A stretch of 64,000 bases of DNA from a virus, in IMG/VR virus record IMGVR_UViG_3300035698_016731, positions 15,775 to 79,774 of that record; one strand, written 5' to 3'. Under the pieces are notes generated by a model. That model saw only the letters and a list, made by a program, of their open reading frames with translations. It was not told where the DNA came from and did no database searches. Positions 9,472-19,426 of this stretch are shown one piece after another. Numbering within the stretch: position 1 is the first letter of the stretch; the number at the start of each line of letters is the position of its first letter. The translations under genes were made by a program, and so were the position numbers.

Positions 9472-10493
9472 GATTCATTCATTGTGCAGATTTACATTTT
9501 TCTAATAGTTTTCCATACTCTCGTATGAATCCTGAGAGTAGTCTCAACAAAAGATTTGAGTCTCAAATATTTCTTTTTGAAGAAATGTGTGACTATGCCT
9601 TACAACATAAAATTCAATATATCCTTATCGCAGGAGATATATTCCATACCAACAATCCTTCTTCTAAAGTCCGAGCAGAAGTTGCTTTACGATTTGCTTG
9701 GTATTCAAAAGAAATTGAGTTTATAATATGTGCTGGAAATCACGATACCTGTGGACAATGGTATAGCCTTCAAGATATTGCTTATATGAATAATAGAAAT
9801 TTTTATTTCTATTGGAAAGCTGATACTTATGGACTACAAGAAGGAACAATTCAAGTATTACCATGGGGATATAAACTAGAAGATATTACCTCTTTTAAGA
9901 AAAGCAAATTTTCAAGAATCCTCTTAGCTCACTGTGAAATAAGAGGAGCTAAAATGGACAATGGATATATCTGTGAAGACGGATTTGAAGTTGAAGATTT
10001 AAAGAAATTGGGATTCGATTATATAGCTCTTGGACACTTTCACACTTATCAGAAGATAAGCAAGAGCATAAGATACTCTGGCTCAATGTATCCTAGAGAT
10101 TTTAAAGAGATGGGAAGTGAAAAGTATTTTCTTGATGTAAATATTGAAGAAGAACAGAGTCCTTCAGTAACTAGAATAATATCTTGTGAAGATAAATTTA
10201 AAATCTTAAATATCGAAGATGATATAAAAGATGTGGAGAAACAAATTGTGAGACTTATTATAAATCATGATTATGAAGGCTCAGTTTCTGAGATAGTTCG
10301 CAAGCTTTATCAAGCTGGTGCTGACTATGTAGACAAGTCTTTTATTCGCAAAAAGTTTGAAGGAAAAGTCAGCCGAGATGTTATCTTAAATACATCTTTA
10401 GAAAAAACAATTAAAAAGTTCCTTAAAATTAATAAAATAAAAGACAAGGCTATAGAACAAGAAGCCATAGACATCTTGAAGGAGATGGAATGA
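9468..10493 (+). CDS. sbcD: SbcD/Mre11-like nuclease
   Basis: ADLH, AGDIFH, GNHD, LLAH, YIALGHFH, YSGS. Confidence 0.93.
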   Translation: MRFIHCADLHFSNSFPYSRMNPESSLNKRFESQIFLFEEMCDYALQHKIQYILIAGDIFHTNNPSSKVRAEVALRFAWYSKEIEFIICAGNHDTCGQWYSLQDIAYMNNRNFYFYWKADTYGLQEGTIQVLPWGYKLEDITSFKKSKFSRILLAHCEIRGAKMDNGYICEDGFEVEDLKKLGFDYIALGHFHTYQKISKSIRYSGSMYPRDFKEMGSEKYFLDVNIEEEQSPSVTRIISCEDKFKILNIEDDIKDVEKQIVRLIINHDYEGSVSEIVRKLYQAGADYVDKSFIRKKFEGKVSRDVILNTSLEKTIKKFLKINKIKDKAIEQEAIDILKEME

Positions 10494-12616
10494 AACTTTT
10501 AAAATTAAAAATTGAGAATTTGTTTTCTTTTGAAAGTGCTGAAGTAGATTTTAGTCAGTTCAAATCAGGCATAATTCTTATAGAAGGAATCAACAATGAC
10601 AATCCTTCCTCTAGTAATGGAGCAGGAAAGAGTTCTATTTTTGAAGCTATAAATTGGCTATTATTTGATAATACCATAAAGGGAGACACTAAAGACACTG
10701 TTATCAAATTAGGACATAAATCGGGAAGTGGCTATCTGAAGTTCCAAGTAAATGAAGACATCATTGAAATAACTAAATTCAGAGGAGCTAAGAACAAACT
10801 TCAAATAGCTGTTAATGGCGAAGAGGTTTCTAAGAAAAATCAGACTGAAGCAATCTCATGGATAAACCAATTGTTGGACATTAATTTTGATATATTCCGA
10901 AACAGTATAGTTCTAGGACAAGGAGACAAAAGCAAGTTCCTCTATGGAGCAGATAAAGCACGGAAAGACCTTGTAGGAGGTATACTTGGATTTGATGTTT
11001 TAGATAGAGCTTTGAAGTTTGTGCGAACAAATAAAACTGCTGTAGCAAAAGAATCTTATGTTGCATTTAGTGAAAAGATAAAATTTGCTGAAGAGAAGAT
11101 AGATGAAAGAGAAAATCTACAAAAGTTAGAAGATGAATTAAAAGTTACCAAATATAGAATTGGAAAGACTCAGAAAGGTCTTGACTCCATTGAAAAAGAA
11201 ATAGAAGAGCAACTAGGCTTTCAAGAAGATGATACCAAATTAGAAAATTTCCAACTTGTAATTAAATATAACAAAAATGAATTAAAAGAGTTAACTATTG
11301 AATACAATGATGAAAGGTTTGAAACTAGAAGACAAGCTGACAAAATAGAGAATGAGATAAAAGAAAAAGCTTCATGGGTAACAAATCTGAAAACTCTTAA
11401 AAAACAATTTGAAGCATTTAGAGAAAAACAAGACACAGCAGAAGAACAACTTAATCACTATCGAGCTTTACATGAAGTCAATAAATCTAATCAAAAAAAT
11501 CGTGATGTGGAGATTCAAGCTATTAATAAAAAGATTCAAGACCTTTCTTCTGGAGAGTTAGTAAAGTGTCCTTATTGCAAGCAGGATATTGATGAAAGAT
11601 GTTTAGACAATCTTAAACAAGATATTTCTACTGAACGAATAAAATTAAAAAAATTGAAAGAAAAAGAAGAAGACATAAAAATAAAATGTTTTAAATTCCT
11701 TCAACAAGTTAGTGACAACCACAACAAAGTTCAAGAGATAGAAGAGAAAAAAGAACTCTTTTATTGGAGAAGTAAAAAAGAGTTGATTCTTGATAGTCTT
11801 AAAGAAAAGTTAAAAAAAGGAACAGTTGGGTTCGACAAAGACCGAAAAGTTATTGGAGTTGAAATTGCAAGATTAAATAAAGAAATAGAAAAAATTGGAA
11901 AGATAGATTATAATTTCAAACACCATCAAGGACTTCTTGAAAAACAAACTGTGCGAAAAGAGTCCATGGACAGCCTTAAAGAAGCTCAAAAGAATTTAGA
12001 AATCAATATTACGATAGTCAATGACTATACAAGGAATTTAGAAACACTTTATAAAGAGTCTCAAGAAGCAAAAGAAGAATATAAGAAAGCTCAAATTCTG
12101 GAAGCTATCTTTGGACAACAAGGTATCAGAGTCAATATGTTAATCAATATAATACCTTTCATAGAGCATAGAGTAAATAGTTACTTATCAAATCTTGATA
12201 TGAGCAATTATGAAATAAAATTAGAGCTAAAAGATGACAAGTTTAATATAGACATCCTTGATGATGACTTCAGTAGACCTATCAGCACTTACTCTGGAGG
12301 AGAAAAGAAGTTGTTCAATGTATTGTTCAATCTAGCTCTAGGAGAGATAGTAGCAGATAGAAATATGGGATTTGATTTCTTAGTCTTAGATGAGATAACT
12401 GATACTCTTGATGAGTTACACAGTGAAAGAGTGATAGACTTACTTATGAATATAGCTGATAAGAATAAGAAGCAACTATTTTTAATAACTCATCGTACAG
12501 ATACTAAAGACTTGTTAGAGAGCTATGGAGTACAAAAGATTGTAGTCGAGAAAAAAGAAGGGAAAAGCCGTATAAAAAGGGTAATTGCAGGCTCTAGGAG
12601 TGTGTCTACGAGATGA
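10490..12616 (+). CDS. sbcC: SbcC/Rad50-like SMC ATPase
   Basis: Walker A NGAGKS, coiled coil with CPYC zinc hook, SGGE signature, Walker B LVLDE, ITH. Confidence 0.93.
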   Translation: MKLLKLKIENLFSFESAEVDFSQFKSGIILIEGINNDNPSSSNGAGKSSIFEAINWLLFDNTIKGDTKDTVIKLGHKSGSGYLKFQVNEDIIEITKFRGAKNKLQIAVNGEEVSKKNQTEAISWINQLLDINFDIFRNSIVLGQGDKSKFLYGADKARKDLVGGILGFDVLDRALKFVRTNKTAVAKESYVAFSEKIKFAEEKIDERENLQKLEDELKVTKYRIGKTQKGLDSIEKEIEEQLGFQEDDTKLENFQLVIKYNKNELKELTIEYNDERFETRRQADKIENEIKEKASWVTNLKTLKKQFEAFREKQDTAEEQLNHYRALHEVNKSNQKNRDVEIQAINKKIQDLSSGELVKCPYCKQDIDERCLDNLKQDISTERIKLKKLKEKEEDIKIKCFKFLQQVSDNHNKVQEIEEKKELFYWRSKKELILDSLKEKLKKGTVGFDKDRKVIGVEIARLNKEIEKIGKIDYNFKHHQGLLEKQTVRKESMDSLKEAQKNLEINITIVNDYTRNLETLYKESQEAKEEYKKAQILEAIFGQQGIRVNMLINIIPFIEHRVNSYLSNLDMSNYEIKLELKDDKFNIDILDDDFSRPISTYSGGEKKLFNVLFNLALGEIVADRNMGFDFLVLDEITDTLDELHSERVIDLLMNIADKNKKQLFLITHRTDTKDLLESYGVQKIVVEKKEGKSRIKRVIAGSRSVSTR

Positions 12617-13143
12617 AAAGAGTTAAGAGAGTAGAAAGGAAAGGGAATAAAAAGAATGTTTTTATAGGGATTGATAATGGAGTATCTGGAAGCATGTTCA
12701 TTATAACTCCTACTGAGTATATTTATAGGATAACTCCTGTAAAGAAATGTCTCAACTATACAAAAAAGAAAGCTTGGATAAACAGAGTAGACCATGACCA
12801 TCTACAATTATATTTTAATAATTTAGTAGAAACTTATGACCAACAAGATATGATTTGTGTTATAGAAAGACCTATGGTAAACCCAGGCAGATTCAAAGCT
12901 ACTATTTCAGCAATACGTTGTTTAGAAAGCACACTGATTGTTTTAGAGTTCTGTTGTATTCCTTATGAGTATCTGGATAGTAGAGAATGGCAAAAGGAAA
13001 TGTTACCTAGTGGTCTGAAAGGAGATGAATTAAAAAAGGCAAGTCTCTCTGTAGCAAAGAGACTCTTTCCATCATTTAGTCCAAAGAAAGATGGAGACAG
13101 TATACTAATGGGTGAATATGCGAGAAGAAAATATGGAGGATAA
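12613..13143 (+). CDS. RuvC-like Holliday junction resolvase
   Basis: FIGIDNGVSG, VIERP, WQK, DGDSILM. Confidence 0.8.
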   Translation: MKRVKRVERKGNKKNVFIGIDNGVSGSMFIITPTEYIYRITPVKKCLNYTKKKAWINRVDHDHLQLYFNNLVETYDQQDMICVIERPMVNPGRFKATISAIRCLESTLIVLEFCCIPYEYLDSREWQKEMLPSGLKGDELKKASLSVAKRLFPSFSPKKDGDSILMGEYARRKYGG

Positions 13144-13429
13144 AGTGAACAAAGAGTCAAACAGCAAAATATTAAAGACACTAAAACGTATTGAGAAAAG
13201 ATTAGAATTTCTTTTCAAAGAAAACAAAATTGAAGAAAAGTATTGTATGGCTGTTGAAGCAGAAGAAAAAGAAATACACAAGAAAAGACTGGATATGGCA
13301 AAGAGAAATGCTAAAGATATAGCTCTCGTCAAAGCTGCAAAGGAATACTATAGAAACAATAAAGCTATTCCAAAAGATGGTCTTGTCCTATTCTTTATGA
13401 ACAAAAAACCTTATTGGGTTATAATATGA
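13133..13429 (+). CDS. Hypothetical protein
   Basis: ORF in operon; start 13133 chosen from overlap with the upstream gene. Confidence 0.6.
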   Translation: MEDKVNKESNSKILKTLKRIEKRLEFLFKENKIEEKYCMAVEAEEKEIHKKRLDMAKRNAKDIALVKAAKEYYRNNKAIPKDGLVLFFMNKKPYWVII

Positions 13430-13572
13430 ACACTTATTGGATAATATATTCAATCCTTTTCTTTCTGTTTTTTATTGTATGGGCTATGGCAACAGCTAAT
13501 TGGTTAAGGAATATCTATTCAGCTATTAGAGGAAAGAAAATTGAACCACTTTTTAGAAATTGGAGAAACTAA
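13426..13572 (+). CDS. Small membrane protein (48 aa, not in ORF track)
   Basis: MNTYWIIYSILFFLFFIVWAMATANWLRNIYS...; ATGA overlap upstream and TAATG overlap downstream. Confidence 0.65.
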   Translation: MNTYWIIYSILFFLFFIVWAMATANWLRNIYSAIRGKKIEPLFRNWRN

Positions 13573-13778
13573 TGGAAAGACAAGACTTAACAGATGAAAT
13601 GGTAAACCACAATCGAGCTGGTCAAGGTGAAGGTGGAGAAGTTGTAAAGGTTAAATGTAAAATGTGTAATAGAACTTTTGAGTGTGCAAAGCATAGCCAA
13701 AGTTGTGAAATAAGAATTTGTTCTAAGTGTTTTAGAAAGATGAAAAAAGAAAAAAATCCTGTAGAAGAGGTTAGGTAA
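13572..13778 (+). CDS. Small Cys-rich (zinc-finger) protein
   Basis: CKMC...CSKC; coupled start. Confidence 0.65.
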   Translation: MERQDLTDEMVNHNRAGQGEGGEVVKVKCKMCNRTFECAKHSQSCEIRICSKCFRKMKKEKNPVEEVR

Positions 13779-14077
13779 TGCTTTATCAATATACAAGACA
13801 ATGTGAAGTGTGTGGTGGAGAGATGATATCCATGAGAGAGATATTTAGAAAGACTCTAAAATCCACTTGCTCTAAATGCCATCATATGGAAGAGTTTCAC
13901 ATTATATTCCTTTGTAATCATTGTAAGATAGGAAAGCTTGTCCACAAAGGAACTCTCCATGGAGTGTTTGGAGGAGTAGAAAAAACTGTTTACAATTACC
14001 ACTGTGATACTTGTGAAGATGATAGAACTTATGATGACAAATTAGATGAATATATGATGGGATATGATATAGATTAA
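13778..14077 (+). CDS. Multi-CxxC zinc-ribbon protein
   Basis: CEVC, CSKC, CNHC, CDTC. Confidence 0.7.
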   Translation: MLYQYTRQCEVCGGEMISMREIFRKTLKSTCSKCHHMEEFHIIFLCNHCKIGKLVHKGTLHGVFGGVEKTVYNYHCDTCEDDRTYDDKLDEYMMGYDID

Positions 14078-14082
14078 TCTTA

Positions 14083-14268
14083 ATGGAGGCAAAAGAAATG
14101 GATGAGAAAACTATAATTGGAGCAATGACTGTTAATCCAGAAGATGGAGAGCCTGGTGGGGAAATAACAAAATGTATTAAGAGGTTTGTTGAAATGGCAC
14201 AAGGAAGAATATTCTTTCCTGAAAAAGATGTAGACTACTATCAAATAAAAATAAAATATAAAAAATAA
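14083..14268 (+). CDS. Hypothetical protein
   Basis: ORF; GGAGG upstream of the second Met. Confidence 0.55.
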   Translation: MEAKEMDEKTIIGAMTVNPEDGEPGGEITKCIKRFVEMAQGRIFFPEKDVDYYQIKIKYKK

Positions 14269-14292
14269 TCTTAACAAATGAAGGAGGTAGAA

Positions 14293-14424
14293 ATGGCTTT
14301 ATATAAATGTCAATGTCTGAAATGTTCACATACTGTGACTTCAGAAAAACACTGTGTTGATATTAAATGTTCAGTGTGTGGTGGTGAGATGCGCAGAGCA
14401 GAAAGACCTGGTGCTGGACGATAA
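14293..14424 (+). CDS. Small zinc-ribbon protein (43 aa, not in ORF track)
   Basis: AAGGAGGT RBS; MALYKCQCLKCSHTVTSEKHCVDIKCSVCGGEMRRAERPGAGR. Confidence 0.75.
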   Translation: MALYKCQCLKCSHTVTSEKHCVDIKCSVCGGEMRRAERPGAGR

Positions 14425-14456
14425 TAACCCGATAACGAATGAAGGAGGTGAATAAG

Positions 14457-14831
14457 ATGGATTGGCTAAAAGAAATACTTGAGACTTTCTTAGCTCCAAC
14501 TCTTGGTACAGTTATAGTTTATATTATAGCTAAAGTTGGTGGGGCAGTAGTTGCTTTTATTAAAGCTCAAATAGGCAATATCAACAATGCTGCTATACAG
14601 AGCTTTGTTAGAGTTGCTGCTGGTGAAGTAGTTCTCTATATTCAACAGAAGTATGCAGAGCTTTCTAATACTGAAAAGTTCGATTTAGCTGTTGAGAAAT
14701 TAGAAACTAAGATTGATAACTTTACTGAAAGCATTAAGCTTGGTAGAGAAATCGTTAGCAAGGAAGATGTAGAAGTAGCAATTGAAGCAGCAATTAAGTC
14801 CTTAAAAGACAACTGGTCAAAAAACCTTTAA
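14457..14831 (+). CDS. Holin-like protein (LL-H type)
   Basis: Single N-terminal TM, V.YIQQ.Y...EKFDLA...V.IEAAIK pattern; GGAGGTG RBS. Confidence 0.65.
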   Translation: MDWLKEILETFLAPTLGTVIVYIIAKVGGAVVAFIKAQIGNINNAAIQSFVRVAAGEVVLYIQQKYAELSNTEKFDLAVEKLETKIDNFTESIKLGREIVSKEDVEVAIEAAIKSLKDNWSKNL

Positions 14832-14832
14832 T

Positions 14833-15078
14833 CTGGCGTATAGGGAAGAAGTTAGTTTGGTTTTTTAACAAGGTGGAGTTTGGATATGGAAATATGCCGT
14901 TTTATACGCCAGCCGATAGGGAATTCTATAAATGGCACGCTTGGAGTGACCAGCTCAAAGAAGATAGAAAAATATTCTGGTTCAAATTCAAACACAGATT
15001 TTAACGGCATATGGGACATTAAATGCATTCAATAGCCTTACTGGATGAGGTAGTCTGGTAGTCCTATATGTCGTTAAA
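14833..15078 (+). ncRNA. Candidate structured non-coding RNA or regulatory leader
   Basis: Two long stems: 14833-14844/14900-14911 and 15000-15017/15061-15078, with G-U-type mismatches on the + transcript. Confidence 0.35.
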
Positions 15079-15096
15079 TTTTAAACTTATGAAAGG

Positions 15097-15114
15097 ATAT
15101 AATAAAATATAACA
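15097..15114 (+). promoter_or_regulatory. Putative late-promoter motif ATATAATAAAATATAACA
   Basis: Identical 18-mer precedes the protease gene on the - strand. Confidence 0.55.
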
Positions 15115-15116
15115 AT

Positions 15117-15767
15117 ATGAGAAAAGACTTTCCAAAAATCATATATAAAGAAGATTTAGAGTACACTGAATCTACAGGCTTCTATAAATTTAGAGGTCAC
15201 AAGATTTGTGGCTATTTGAAAAATAAAGTAACTAAAGAAATTTGCAAAGGTGTACCCATGGCTAATGGGAGATGTAGATTTCATGGAGGAAGTAAGATAA
15301 AAGGATTCAGTAAAAGCCAACTTAAAACAGAAAACAATCTTACTCCAGAAGATATAGAAGGTGATAAAGTACATCTTGGTGAGTCTTTCAGAAGGAGATA
15401 TGAAATATATTTAAAGAATCCTGATATATATGACATGAATCAAGAGATTGCTAAAGTCATAGTTCTTAGTGACATGTTGATAGAAAAATTAGATGATAAC
15501 AACCTCGAACATCTTTCAGGTAAAATCGGAGAGCTTATAAAGATTACAGCAGGAGTTAAAGAAAAGTATCATAAAATAAAACAAGGTTATATCGATATTG
15601 TTGCTGTAAAAATTATCATCATGCAACTTCATCAAATAATAACTGAGTATATGAATACTACTCGCCTTCTTATAACTGACCCAACAAATATTAGAAAACT
15701 TGAGAGTCTAAAAGAAATCACTATCAAGAAAATATCAGACATCAAACTACCTGTTATAAAAGAATGA
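15117..15767 (+). CDS. Terminase small subunit (HGGxSTG-type N-terminus)
   Basis: ICG...CKGVPMANGRCRFHGG; overlaps terminase large subunit. Confidence 0.75.
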   Translation: MRKDFPKIIYKEDLEYTESTGFYKFRGHKICGYLKNKVTKEICKGVPMANGRCRFHGGSKIKGFSKSQLKTENNLTPEDIEGDKVHLGESFRRRYEIYLKNPDIYDMNQEIAKVIVLSDMLIEKLDDNNLEHLSGKIGELIKITAGVKEKYHKIKQGYIDIVAVKIIIMQLHQIITEYMNTTRLLITDPTNIRKLESLKEITIKKISDIKLPVIKE

Positions 15768-17419
15768 GCCGAAAAGAAATATTTACTATTGGAGACATAC
15801 TTGGAGATAAAGTATTTGCTGATGAAAATCTTTCTTCTCTTGAAAAAGGCACTCAGTTTATAGGTCAGGAAATAGCTCAAAAACTTAAAGAGACTACTGA
15901 CAGCAGGAAGAGAGATAAAATCCATGATGGTATTATAAGAGGTTGGAAAAGACCTCGCCAGCTTCAATTCTTCCTTCGCCAACTTGACCTCACTATTCCA
16001 TATAAAGTAAACTGCAACAAAGGACATTGCTCTCCTTTCCGATTTCTAAGTGATGTTGTAATCTATAGAGTTCCTAAAGCTATTGCTTGGGCTAACAGAA
16101 CTGGAGGAAAGAGTTACATTGCTGGACTTATAAACTGGCTCAATGGAAACCACTATCCTCTATTTGATGGAAAGATATTGGGAGGCTCTGCTGACCAAGC
16201 TTTAAAATCATACGAAGCTATGGCAGATTTTTGGGGAAGGTCTATTGGACTATCTGAAAAGATGTTAGTAGGTGGAGAATATAGAGCTAAGTTTACTAAA
16301 TGGCTTCATGGTGCTATAGTGTCTATTCTTACAGCTTCTAAAAAATCAGTCCGTGGTCCACATCCTAATATCCTTACTTTGGATGAAGCTGATGAAATTC
16401 TTTGGGAGCTAGTTCAGATTGCTCTATCCCAACCTATGACTAAAAACCATATCCCTGCTCAACTTATTGTACTTTCTACTTACCATGCAGTGGGAGGTAC
16501 AATGGCTAGACTGTTAGGAGATATTGATGAAGAATATGATGATGAAGAAACTATGGAGGTCATGGAGAACCTAAAAAAAGACCATAGGTTTATAACTTAT
16601 GCTTGGTGCTTTTGGGAAGTAATGGAAAGTTGTAGGGATTATAATTGTAGCACTTGTCCTCTTACTCCATGGTGCCCTGGTACTCATATGAAGGAAGCTG
16701 TTGGATATTATAAGATTTCTGACTTAACTATGAAACTTTCCACTATCAGCATAGACAATCTAAGAGTTGAATGGTTTTGTGATAAGCCCAGTAGAAAAGG
16801 ACTTGTATATGATGTTTGGGATAGCACAATAAATACTATTATGTGCCCTTACAATCCTGAACTAAAAGTTGAGTTAAGTATAGACTTTGGATATAGTGAT
16901 GGATATTATAGTGTTGGTGTATGGCAAAATGTTATGGATTATGATTATCAAGGAAGGAAAATAAATGGATATGTAAGAGTTGATGAAATATATCTTATGG
17001 AACTCAGCACTCCTGAAATAATTAGCCGAGTTAAAAACCGACCTTGGGCAAATAGTGATAATAAAATAAAAGCTACAAGAGGGGTTGCTGATAGTAGTAG
17101 ACCTGACTCCATAAAAGAATGGAAAAAAGCTGGATTCCAAATCAAAGCTGTAAAGAAGAAATTGATGACTATTAATGAAGGTATAGAATTAGTCAAAGGA
17201 AAAATTAGACCAGTAAAAGGTCAACCCACTTGCTATTGCCACAAAGGCTGTCGAGGATTCTTGAAAGAGATTAACTCTGGTTATCGCTGGCCAAAAGAAA
17301 GTATCATGCGAGATGATAGAGAACCCTTAGATAAAGACAACCATGCTATGGATGAGACAAGATACTTCTTTATGTGGAAAGGAAAGAAGACGATAATGTC
17401 AGGGGGAGCTATAGTCTAG
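15764..17419 (+). CDS. terL: Terminase large subunit
   Basis: Walker A NRTGGKS, Walker B LTLDEAD, coupling motif LST, nuclease SIDFG...ADSSRP...DKDNHAMDETRY. Confidence 0.9.
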   Translation: MSRKEIFTIGDILGDKVFADENLSSLEKGTQFIGQEIAQKLKETTDSRKRDKIHDGIIRGWKRPRQLQFFLRQLDLTIPYKVNCNKGHCSPFRFLSDVVIYRVPKAIAWANRTGGKSYIAGLINWLNGNHYPLFDGKILGGSADQALKSYEAMADFWGRSIGLSEKMLVGGEYRAKFTKWLHGAIVSILTASKKSVRGPHPNILTLDEADEILWELVQIALSQPMTKNHIPAQLIVLSTYHAVGGTMARLLGDIDEEYDDEETMEVMENLKKDHRFITYAWCFWEVMESCRDYNCSTCPLTPWCPGTHMKEAVGYYKISDLTMKLSTISIDNLRVEWFCDKPSRKGLVYDVWDSTINTIMCPYNPELKVELSIDFGYSDGYYSVGVWQNVMDYDYQGRKINGYVRVDEIYLMELSTPEIISRVKNRPWANSDNKIKATRGVADSSRPDSIKEWKKAGFQIKAVKKKLMTINEGIELVKGKIRPVKGQPTCYCHKGCRGFLKEINSGYRWPKESIMRDDREPLDKDNHAMDETRYFFMWKGKKTIMSGGAIV

Positions 17420-17501
17420 TCCTAGTACTAAAAAGGTAAGAAAGTTCGTGCTCCATGTGAGGAGGTGGCTTCATTTATCTATTATTACCCTATATTAACC
17501 T

Positions 17502-17900
17502 TTAAGTCCACTGTGGGACATCTGTTATCTTATCGATAGTAATTAATTCCAAAGTTCCCTTGTATCCATTATCAACCCAATGCCATTCAGATAAACTCAT
17601 ACCACTCATAATTCTTACAGAGAATACTGAATTAGGATAGGTTTCTGGATAGGGATAAAAGTTAAATGCATCATGAGTGTTTACTATAGCTCTTAATATT
17701 TCATACTGAGCAATTGTACAGATACTATTCTCCCAAATCAAATTAGCTACCATTCTAAAACCTTTGTGATAGATTCTTAATCCTCCATTAGCTAATTCAT
17801 GTTCTCTTTTTAACTCTTCAAATATGACTCTCACTGCTGGAGGATAATTATTAAAACTATAATCAAAAGTATCTTCTTTTTGAAATCTTGGACTTTCCAT
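17502..17900 (-). CDS. Probable distal tail (Dit-like) protein
   Basis: Size and pattern (HELANGGLRI...L.W...F.FYP...YKGTLEL) typical of siphophage Dit; last gene of tail operon. Confidence 0.45.
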   Translation of the reverse strand: MESPRFQKEDTFDYSFNNYPPAVRVIFEELKREHELANGGLRIYHKGFRMVANLIWENSICTIAQYEILRAIVNTHDAFNFYPYPETYPNSVFSVRIMSGMSLSEWHWVDNGYKGTLELITIDKITDVPQWT

Positions 17901-17911
17901 TTTATCTCACC

Positions 17912-18550
17912 TCACATTAATTTATGTATAGACCAGCTAGAATATCTACCATTAGCATGGCCATATATAGTATCACTATTTTGATTGTTTATATATTTCA
18001 TATAAAGAATATCTCCAGCTTTTAAATCTTGAACAGAAATATTCTTGTTACCTTGAATATTTCCACTATCGAAATCATGTCTGCTATATTGTTTAATTGT
18101 TCCATTAACATATAAATCTAAATAAACATAATCTCCAGCAGTGAGAGCCAAATGAGCATTACATATAGATAAATACTTTCCATCTTTTTTTGGAACAAAA
18201 GAATGTGTTACTAGTGAATATTCATTTTGTGTATCCCAATCTACTGTATCCCATTCTATTATTGTACTTATAGCAGATGAGACCGCAAAACTACTAGTTA
18301 AATAAACTTTTACACTGCTCTGCTTTGGCATACTTATTATACCATTAGCATCAACCTTGAAAGATTCTCCACTCTTACTACTAAAACTAGCAAAGCTCCA
18401 TACTCCCTGAGAAGAGCAAACATACAGTCTTTGAGTATCATAAGCAAAGTAAGCATCTCCACGACTTGGAGTAGCAGGAAGCTTACTATCTACACCATAT
18501 ATGAATGGTTGATGTAAATCCATTCCATTAAAATTTCTATGTTCAGTCAT
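17912..18550 (-). CDS. Short fibre/receptor-binding protein with C1q-like head
   Basis: LPATPSRGDAYFAYDTQRLYVC shaft motif; WDTVDWDTQNEY...FVPKKDGKY...LKAGD C1q/TNF pattern. Confidence 0.7.
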   Translation of the reverse strand: MTEHRNFNGMDLHQPFIYGVDSKLPATPSRGDAYFAYDTQRLYVCSSQGVWSFASFSSKSGESFKVDANGIISMPKQSSVKVYLTSSFAVSSAISTIIEWDTVDWDTQNEYSLVTHSFVPKKDGKYLSICNAHLALTAGDYVYLDLYVNGTIKQYSRHDFDSGNIQGNKNISVQDLKAGDILYMKYINNQNSDTIYGHANGRYSSWSIHKLM

Positions 18551-18992
18551 TTAACTTCACCCTTAATACAGTTATTAAATTTCTCAATACTTTTAAAGTC
18601 TTAACAAATAAATCCTGTGCACCAGCTATATTGGTTACATGGTTTTCAACATAAGCTGTTATTTCACCATTATCCATTTCAAGCAAAGCCTTTAAAAGTT
18701 TTAAATCAGTAAGAGCATTTTCTATATCAGTTGGTACAGGTATGAAAGTGAGTGCTGCTGTCCATACAGCTTCTTCATCAGCAATCTCTTCTTCTCCACT
18801 AAATCTCAACCTCATCATTCCTATTACAGTATCTTCTCCTTCCACTGGTGATTGAAAAGCTACTGCTATGATTCTTGGCTCTACTAATCTTATAGCATCA
18901 ATCATTTGATTAAGTTTTAATGCTTGTGCTTTTGTAGTAATCACCACTTTGAATAAAATACGATTGTCTCCTTCTATTTTTGTAGGCATCAT
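18543..18992 (-). CDS. Hypothetical tail-associated protein
   Basis: Coupled ORF within fibre operon. Confidence 0.65.
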   Translation of the reverse strand: MMPTKIEGDNRILFKVVITTKAQALKLNQMIDAIRLVEPRIIAVAFQSPVEGEDTVIGMMRLRFSGEEEIADEEAVWTAALTFIPVPTDIENALTDLKLLKALLEMDNGEITAYVENHVTNIAGAQDLFVKTLKVLRNLITVLRVKLND

Positions 18993-19426
18993 TTCCTCCT
19001 TCTATTCTCTATCGCATGGCAACATCTACATAGAGAAATAAGATTATCTAGATTTAAATTATGTTTGTTAAAATCTTTATGGTGAATATCTAATTTTCTC
19101 TCTTCTTGAAGACACCCACAATGTTGACATTTATATTCATCTCTTTTACGAATTAATTCTCTTAATTCATTATTAAACTGAAAAGGGTAACCAGAACGAT
19201 TTACTCCACCGTGCCAATTAGGGTGCTTATCTCCTTTCTTCAAAGAAGTTGCAGTTGCTATTCGACCATTTGTCTTATGACCAACTATATTCTGATACTT
19301 TTCCTTTTGTCTTTTCAACCAACTTTCTCGATTATCATTATAGTATTCTGTGAAATATTCCTTGCGTCTTTTTGCACATTCCTTTGCCTTTATACCCCAA
19401 GAACCACATGCATAAGGACTCATCAT
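18989..19426 (-). CDS. HNH homing endonuclease
   Basis: HPNWHGG, IRKRDEYKCQHCG, LDIHHKDFNKHN...NLISLCRCCH. Confidence 0.88.
   Translation of the reverse strand: MMSPYACGSWGIKAKECAKRRKEYFTEYYNDNRESWLKRQKEKYQNIVGHKTNGRIATATSLKKGDKHPNWHGGVNRSGYPFQFNNELRELIRKRDEYKCQHCGCLQEERKLDIHHKDFNKHNLNLDNLISLCRCCHAIENRRRK

Noticed and set aside
14911-14996. tRNA suggested by GGTTCAAAT
   Set aside because: No consistent acceptor stem, D arm or anticodon arm could be built
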